DNA from: a virus
IMG/VR virus record: IMGVR_UViG_3300032893_000028
Location: 9,972-73,971 of that record
Reading direction: 5' to 3' (one strand)
Length of the DNA: 64,000 nt
In this document: piece after piece, positions 59,140-64,000 of the stretch
Position numbering within the stretch: the first letter of the stretch is position 1
How the letters are laid out: each line of letters begins with the position of its first letter
Notes under the pieces: model-generated
What the model saw: the letters and a program-made list of their open reading frames with translations, nothing else
Told to the model about the DNA's origin: nothing
The model's database searches: none
Program-made: the position numbers and the translations under genes

Positions 59140-61014
59140 ATGGCCCGCTGGAAGTCCCGACGCCGCGCGAAAGTCCAAGACCAGGTCGACGGCTACGAGC
59201 CCAAGGCGCCCGCGCCGGTCGACCCCTGGACGCAACCCGAGGTGCTCGACGAGCTGAGCACGCGCGCTCCCTCGACCGGCAACGCGCGCTGGGACGCGGC
59301 CAACCTCGACGGCTTCCGCAACGAACTGACCGGCATTGGCACATGGGAGAAGGACAAGTCCTTCGGCGGTCGGCGCGGGGGCATGGCCTTCGAGCTCAAC
59401 TTCATCTCCCAAGTCGCCGCCGAGTCGCGCTGGCGAGGTTCCGACCTTGGCGCGCGCCTCATCGAGACAATTCCCGACGAGATGACGCGCGAGGGCTGGG
59501 ACGTGCAGGTGCAGCCCTCGGACGAGGACGACGAGGCGGACGAGAAGGCGGACGCATTTCCGCCGAACTCCGGCGCGGCTGCGCCGCCGGTCGTCGCTCC
59601 GCCCGCGCCCGAGAAGCACCCCGGCGAGATCGACGTCGACGACGACGGCATCGAGTGCGCCGAGGCGATCGACGCCAAGCTCGAGGAGCTTGACGCGCTC
59701 CAGGTCTTCTGGGAGGCGCTCTGCTACGAGCGCGCGTACGGCGGCGCAGCCATCCTCGTCGGCGCGGACGACGGCACCGAGGACCTGACCAAGCCGCTCG
59801 ACGAGGACCGCATCGAGGACGTCAAGCACATCACCGCCTTCTACGGCGGTTGGGACGGCGAGATGGTTGCGTGGTCGTGGTACCGCGACGTCACCGACGC
59901 CAACTACGGCAAGCCCGAGATGTACATGCTCCGTAACCTCGGCGTGCCCATCGCCAAGATCCCGGCCCCCGGTGAGAAGGTCGCCAACGCCAACATCCTG
60001 CCGCCGATGACCGGGCCGAACGGCAGCTATGGGCCGCTGATCACGTGGGTGCATGAGTCGCGGCTGCTGGTGTTCCCGGGCGTCGCCGCGTCTCGCCGCG
60101 CGCGCGTGCAGATGCGCGGCTGGGGCGATTCGCTGTTTACGCGCGTCGATCAGGTGCTCCAGCAGTACGACCAGACGTGGGCGGGCGTGGCCAATTTGAT
60201 GACCGACTTCGCCCAGGGCATGCTCAAGATCAAGGGGCTCGCCCAGGCGCTCATGGCCAACAACAAGGCCGGCACCGGCATCGTGCGCAACCGCGGCACC
60301 GCGCTCAACATGGGCCGCTCGATCGCGGGCCTCATGATGCTGGACAGCGAAGAGGACTTCAAGCGCGAGATGGCCTCGCTCGCGGGCCTGCCCGAGATGC
60401 TCCAGCAGTTCGCGCTCCGCCTCGCCGCCGCGGCGGGCATGCCCGTGTCGCTGCTCATGGGTCAAGCGCCCGCGGGCCTGAACGCGACGGGCGACAGCGA
60501 GATCCGCTGGTTCTACGACCGCGTCGCGAGCTGGCAGCGCAAGCGCATGCTGCCGCAGCTCAAGCGCCTCGTCGGGCTCATCCTCAAGTCGAAGCAGGGC
60601 CCAACCGAAGGTGCCGAGCCCGCGCGCTGGAGCGTGGTCAACCGGCCACTGTACCAGATGAGCGCCAGCGAGAAGGCCGACCGCTATCTCAAGGTCGCCC
60701 AGGCCGACGCCGTCTACCTCACCAACAGCGTCGTCACGGCCGAGGAGGTCGCGGCCACGCGCTTCGCCGGCTCCGAATACAGCGACGGGCCCATCACCGT
60801 CGACTTCGAGGGGCGCGCGGAGATGGCCGCGCAGGACGAGGCCGACAAGGCCGCCGCCGAGAAGGCGCAGGCCGCGCAGCTCCAGCTCGCCCAGAAGCAG
60901 CAGGCTGAGCTGCACGCGGCCAAGGTCGAGGCGACCAAGAACCCGCCGCCTGCGCCGGTCGCGGAGGGAGACGCGGCGGAGGAGAAGCCGCCCGAGAAGG
61001 CTGTGGCCGAGTAG
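59140..61014 (+). CDS. Portal protein (DUF1073 family)
   Basis: 'IPDEMTREG', 'RAYGGA', 'VHESRL', 'GWGDS', 'GMPVSLLMGQAPAGLNATGDSE..WFYD'. Confidence 0.9.
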   Translation: MARWKSRRRAKVQDQVDGYEPKAPAPVDPWTQPEVLDELSTRAPSTGNARWDAANLDGFRNELTGIGTWEKDKSFGGRRGGMAFELNFISQVAAESRWRGSDLGARLIETIPDEMTREGWDVQVQPSDEDDEADEKADAFPPNSGAAAPPVVAPPAPEKHPGEIDVDDDGIECAEAIDAKLEELDALQVFWEALCYERAYGGAAILVGADDGTEDLTKPLDEDRIEDVKHITAFYGGWDGEMVAWSWYRDVTDANYGKPEMYMLRNLGVPIAKIPAPGEKVANANILPPMTGPNGSYGPLITWVHESRLLVFPGVAASRRARVQMRGWGDSLFTRVDQVLQQYDQTWAGVANLMTDFAQGMLKIKGLAQALMANNKAGTGIVRNRGTALNMGRSIAGLMMLDSEEDFKREMASLAGLPEMLQQFALRLAAAAGMPVSLLMGQAPAGLNATGDSEIRWFYDRVASWQRKRMLPQLKRLVGLILKSKQGPTEGAEPARWSVVNRPLYQMSASEKADRYLKVAQADAVYLTNSVVTAEEVAATRFAGSEYSDGPITVDFEGRAEMAAQDEADKAAAEKAQAAQLQLAQKQQAELHAAKVEATKNPPPAPVAEGDAAEEKPPEKAVAE

Positions 61015-61020
61015 CTCTTC

Positions 61021-61058
61021 GAAATGAGGCGCCGGCCATGCTAGCCCGGCGCCATTTC
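61021..61058. terminator. Hairpin between convergent genes
   Basis: GAAATG-A-GGCGCCGG ... CCGGCGCC-ATTTC; no clear U tract. Confidence 0.4.
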
Positions 61059-61060
61059 GC

Positions 61061-61168
61061 TTAGCTCAGGAACCAGTGAATCAACGCCGCGTGGGAGGCC
61101 TTCTTCGGATTCCACTTGCCCGCGGCCACCATCCCCAGCACCACCCAGCTATTCGCAAAGTTTGTCAT
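61061..61168 (-). CDS. 35-aa peptide with its own promoter
   Basis: AGGAGG SD; MTNFANSWVVLGMVAAGKWNPKKASHAALIHWFLS. Confidence 0.6.
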   Translation of the reverse strand: MTNFANSWVVLGMVAAGKWNPKKASHAALIHWFLS

Positions 61169-61187
61169 CGTCGGCCTCCTGATGATA

Positions 61188-61230
61188 AATATAGGTCCGC
61201 CCTTTGAGTTTGTCAACAAAAATCTTCTTA
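61188..61230 (-). promoter_or_regulatory. Promoter motif copy 11 (TTGACA-17-TATATT)
   Basis: AGATTTTTGTTGACAAAC; near-consensus sigma70. Confidence 0.8.
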
Positions 61231-61254
61231 TTCGAATTGTGCTAGTCTTTCCGC

Positions 61255-62157
61255 GTGCTACACCCTCGCTCGCGCACCGTCGCCATGGTTCGCCTCTTGC
61301 GCGCCGCCGCACCCGCGCTGCACCGGCGCAAGGGCGGGCGCATGCCACGTCAGCAACAGCCCGACGGCCTGCGGCTCGAGTACTACAAGGCCATCCGCGC
61401 CCGCGCGGTCGAGCCGTCGACGCGGGCGCTCGCGGGCGTGCGCGACGAGGTCCTGCGCTTGCTCGCTGACGAGCGTGCGGAGCGCGGCGACGATATGCGT
61501 CGCGATGCCCCTATCAAACGCGCCGGCCGCGCCCGCGAGCTCATCGAGAAGGCCGCGGCGCGCGCCGCGCAAACCGTAAGCGAGCGCGAGCTGGCGGAGG
61601 TGGCGCGGCAGTTCGGCATGCGCACGAGCGACTTCCAGCGCGGGCAGCTCGACCGCCAGGTGCGCCAGGCCGTCGGCGTGCCGCTGTCCTCGGTCGAGAA
61701 GCCGACCGTCGACCGCATCCCCGGCTTCGTGCGCGAGAACGTCGACCTCATCAAGACTGTGCCCGAGCGCTACTTCGATTCGGTCAGGGACACCGTCTCG
61801 CAGGCGTTCGAGGAGGGCTGGACGGTTGACCGGCTCTCGGATGAGATCAGCTTCCGTGGCGACGTCGCCGAATCGAACGCGCGGCGTATTGCGCGGGATC
61901 AGATCGGCAAGCTCAACGCGCAGGTGAACCAGGACCGCCAACAAGCGTTAGGAGTCACGAGTTATATTTGGCGAGGGGTACTTGATGTGCGCGAACGTGA
62001 TTCGCACGTTGCGCTTGAGGGTAGACGATTCGAATGGAACGGTGACGCGCCAATTGGCGTCAGTGGGCAAGTGATTCAGCCTGGTTATGAAATCTGTTGT
62101 CGTTGCCACGCCGAGCCGGCGCTCGACGACATCATCGCGGGATTGGACGAGGATTAG
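61255..62157 (+). CDS. Head morphogenesis protein (SPP1 gp7/Mu F family)
   Basis: 'ENVDLIK', 'ARRIARDQIGKLN', 'YIWRG..D.RER.SH', 'PG.EICCRC'. Confidence 0.9.
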   Translation: MLHPRSRTVAMVRLLRAAAPALHRRKGGRMPRQQQPDGLRLEYYKAIRARAVEPSTRALAGVRDEVLRLLADERAERGDDMRRDAPIKRAGRARELIEKAAARAAQTVSERELAEVARQFGMRTSDFQRGQLDRQVRQAVGVPLSSVEKPTVDRIPGFVRENVDLIKTVPERYFDSVRDTVSQAFEEGWTVDRLSDEISFRGDVAESNARRIARDQIGKLNAQVNQDRQQALGVTSYIWRGVLDVRERDSHVALEGRRFEWNGDAPIGVSGQVIQPGYEICCRCHAEPALDDIIAGLDED

Positions 62158-62201
62158 CCCCCGTTCGCGCGTGACACAACCCCCGGTGTAGCCTAGGGTT
62201 C

Positions 62202-62537
62202 ATGTACTTTCTGGGCTCGATCACGGGCCCGAGCGGCGGCGCCGCCGGGGTCTCGGTCAACAATCAGCAGTCGGGAGGGTTCGCCATCCCGCCCGGGATC
62301 AAGGCGCTGTACCTCGTGCCGCAGAACCCGCCGACGTTGTTCGAGTTCGGTAGCGCCACGGGCTCGACGGGCGCGACCTTCCAGACGACGGTTGCTCGCG
62401 GCGCGCTCCTCGATTCGACCGGCATCTACGGCCCGTTCCCGTGCGTGGTGGCGCCGGGGCAGCAGACCGTGGTCTCCATCTGCAACAACACGGGCGGTCC
62501 CATCTCGGTCCGCGTCTACGCGAGCCCGAACGCATGA
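62202..62537 (+). CDS. Hypothetical Gly/Thr-rich virion protein candidate
   Basis: 111 aa, beta-rich, 'ITGPSG', 'ATGSTGAT'. Confidence 0.6.
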   Translation: MYFLGSITGPSGGAAGVSVNNQQSGGFAIPPGIKALYLVPQNPPTLFEFGSATGSTGATFQTTVARGALLDSTGIYGPFPCVVAPGQQTVVSICNNTGGPISVRVYASPNA

Positions 62538-62598
62538 TGGTCGAGCGCATCAAGCACGTGCGGCCGAAGACGAAGCTGCAGCCCAAGCCGAGGCCCAA

Positions 62599-62868
62599 AT
62601 GAGCGAGCGTCTATTTCCCGCGCACGTTTACGAATTCGGGCGACTCATACTGTGCGCCGATCAACTCTCGTCCAACCCCGACGTGCGCGAGGTCCAGGCC
62701 GCCAACCGCGTGCAGCGCCGCTCGGACGGCGGGCCGCTGCTCGACGGCGACTCCGTGCTCGACCAGGTGCGCCCGCGGTGCCCGTGGTGCGACGAGGTGC
62801 TCGACGACGAGGGCCGCTGCGCGCGCCGCTGCGCCGCCTCGCGCGTGAACAGGACGGACGACCGATGA
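62599..62868 (+). CDS. Hypothetical protein with CPWC
   Basis: Overlaps the protease start. Confidence 0.45.
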   Translation: MSERLFPAHVYEFGRLILCADQLSSNPDVREVQAANRVQRRSDGGPLLDGDSVLDQVRPRCPWCDEVLDDEGRCARRCAASRVNRTDDR

Positions 62869-64000
62869 GCAAGCGTAATGACGTCACGCCGCCGGGCCGC
62901 GAAGCCCAGGTGCGCGCGCTCAAGGAGAAGCCAGGGATCGACAACCCGTGGGCCGTCGCCTGGGCCTCGTACGAGAAAGACGACGGCCCGTCGTGGATGG
63001 GCGCCAAGTGCGACGACTGCGGGCAAATGGTCCCGGTCGTCGACGCCAAGTACGTCGACCACGTCGCGCCCGGCGGCAGCTACGGCGAGCCGACCATGAG
63101 CAACGCCAACATGGACGCGGCGATGTCCATGTGCGACGGCTCGGGCGCGATGTGCAAGTACGACACGATCGAGCACCGCGGCGGCCAGTGGGTGCTGCTC
63201 TCTAAATCGACGGGCAAGGTGCTCGGTACGCACCCGACCAAGGAGGCCGCCGAGGCGCAGGAGCGCGCGGTCCAGGCCAACAAGCACGCCGACGGCGTGG
63301 TCAAGCGCTGGGAGCGCATCGACTTCGCCCCCGGCGAGCTGCCGCGGGCGCGCGTCACCGACGAGGGCTTCCTGGCCGTGGTCGGCCGCGTGGCGCGCAC
63401 GGGCATCCAGGAGTATCGCGACGGACAAGGTGGGACGCGCCGCGAGCTACGGCTGCCCGAGGAGGTGCGCAAGTCGCTCCCCTCGTTCCCGCTCCAGCCG
63501 TTGACCAACACGCACCCGAGCGAGATGGTCGAGCCCGGCAACAGCGACAAGTACGTCAAGGGCGCGGTCGGCGAGGCCGTGCTCAACGCCGACGGCTGGG
63601 TCGTGGCGCCGATGAAGATCTACGCGGCCGACGCCATCGAGGCGGCGCGCAACGGCCGCGTGCAGCTCTCGGTCGGCTACACGTGCCGGCTCGATTCGAT
63701 CGCTGGCGAGTGGCAGGGACAGAAGTACGACGCGGTTCAGCGCGACATCGTTGTCAACCATGTCGCGCTCGTCGACGCCGCGCGCGCCGGCGCGGACGCG
63801 CGGCTGCGACTCGACGCGAGCGACGCGGCGGCGGTGATTGCGTGTGACACAGGCGAAAACGTATCCTCGAAAAGTGAGGCAAAACTGATGGCGAAGCTGA
63901 CGATCGACGGGATGGTCTTCGAGGTGCAGGACGCGAACGCGCAGGCCGCCCTCGACGGCTTCGTCGCCCGCGTCCAGAAGGACCGCGACGAGAAGGTGGC
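62865..64000 (+). CDS. DUF2213 prohead protease/scaffold, runs off the window (absent from ORF track)
   Basis: My translation from ATG 62865: 'ARTGIQEY', 'PLTNTHP', 'QLSVGY', 'QRDIVVNHVALV..ARAG..ARL'. Confidence 0.85.
   Translation, partial: MSKRNDVTPPGREAQVRALKEKPGIDNPWAVAWASYEKDDGPSWMGAKCDDCGQMVPVVDAKYVDHVAPGGSYGEPTMSNANMDAAMSMCDGSGAMCKYDTIEHRGGQWVLLSKSTGKVLGTHPTKEAAEAQERAVQANKHADGVVKRWERIDFAPGELPRARVTDEGFLAVVGRVARTGIQEYRDGQGGTRRELRLPEEVRKSLPSFPLQPLTNTHPSEMVEPGNSDKYVKGAVGEAVLNADGWVVAPMKIYAADAIEAARNGRVQLSVGYTCRLDSIAGEWQGQKYDAVQRDIVVNHVALVDAARAGADARLRLDASDAAAVIACDTGENVSSKSEAKLMAKLTIDGMVFEVQDANAQAALDGFVARVQKDRDEKV

Noticed and set aside
35404-60915. Long antisense ORFs (e.g. 35404-37563, 53908-55584, 56403-58175, 59086-60915)
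   Set aside because: Expected shadows of high-GC3 genes on the other strand; no recognisable motifs
59140-61014. Anti-CBASS Acb1 label often attached to DUF1073 proteins
   Set aside because: Position and motifs show a portal; no 2H phosphoesterase domain with paired HxT motifs is evident

Overview
This window is a ~70% GC tailed-phage (contractile-tail, myovirus-like) genome segment with no integrase or host genes visible. Order: (1) 1-9 kb end of a probable tape measure, baseplate genes, a Gly-rich fibre, an oppositely oriented metalloprotease lipoprotein and an SGNH hydrolase; (2) 9-27.6 kb two collagen-like, Thr-rich (G-X-T) fibre proteins interleaved with a glycan-building cluster (GT2-TPR-GT4 and GT2-GT4 glycosyltransferases, NDP-sugar epimerase, UDP-glucose dehydrogenase, UDP-glucuronate decarboxylase, two methyltransferases, B12 radical SAM) plus small RHH regulators and HNH endonucleases; (3) 27.6-32 kb small leftward genes; (4) 32-34.6 kb lysis module; (5) 34.6-52 kb leftward replication genes (RuvC-like, Pol A, dUTPase, tRNA-Tyr, SSB-like, helicase, DHH, exonuclease) and a PAPS-reductase/ParB (IbrA/IbrB-like) module; (6) 52-64 kb primase-polymerase, a nested-palindrome origin candidate, terminases, portal, head morphogenesis protein and a DUF2213 prohead protease. 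The best candidates for undescribed biology are a phage-encoded virion O-glycosylation system acting on Thr-rich collagen fibres, a self-contained coiled-coil protein + ~260-nt structured RNA unit at 40.1-41.0 kb, the four-gene IbrAB-like module, and a two-class promoter architecture (11 copies of AGATTTTWGTTGACDAAC, and -10-only leaderless structural-gene promoters). All family calls come from motif recognition by eye; no database search was run.
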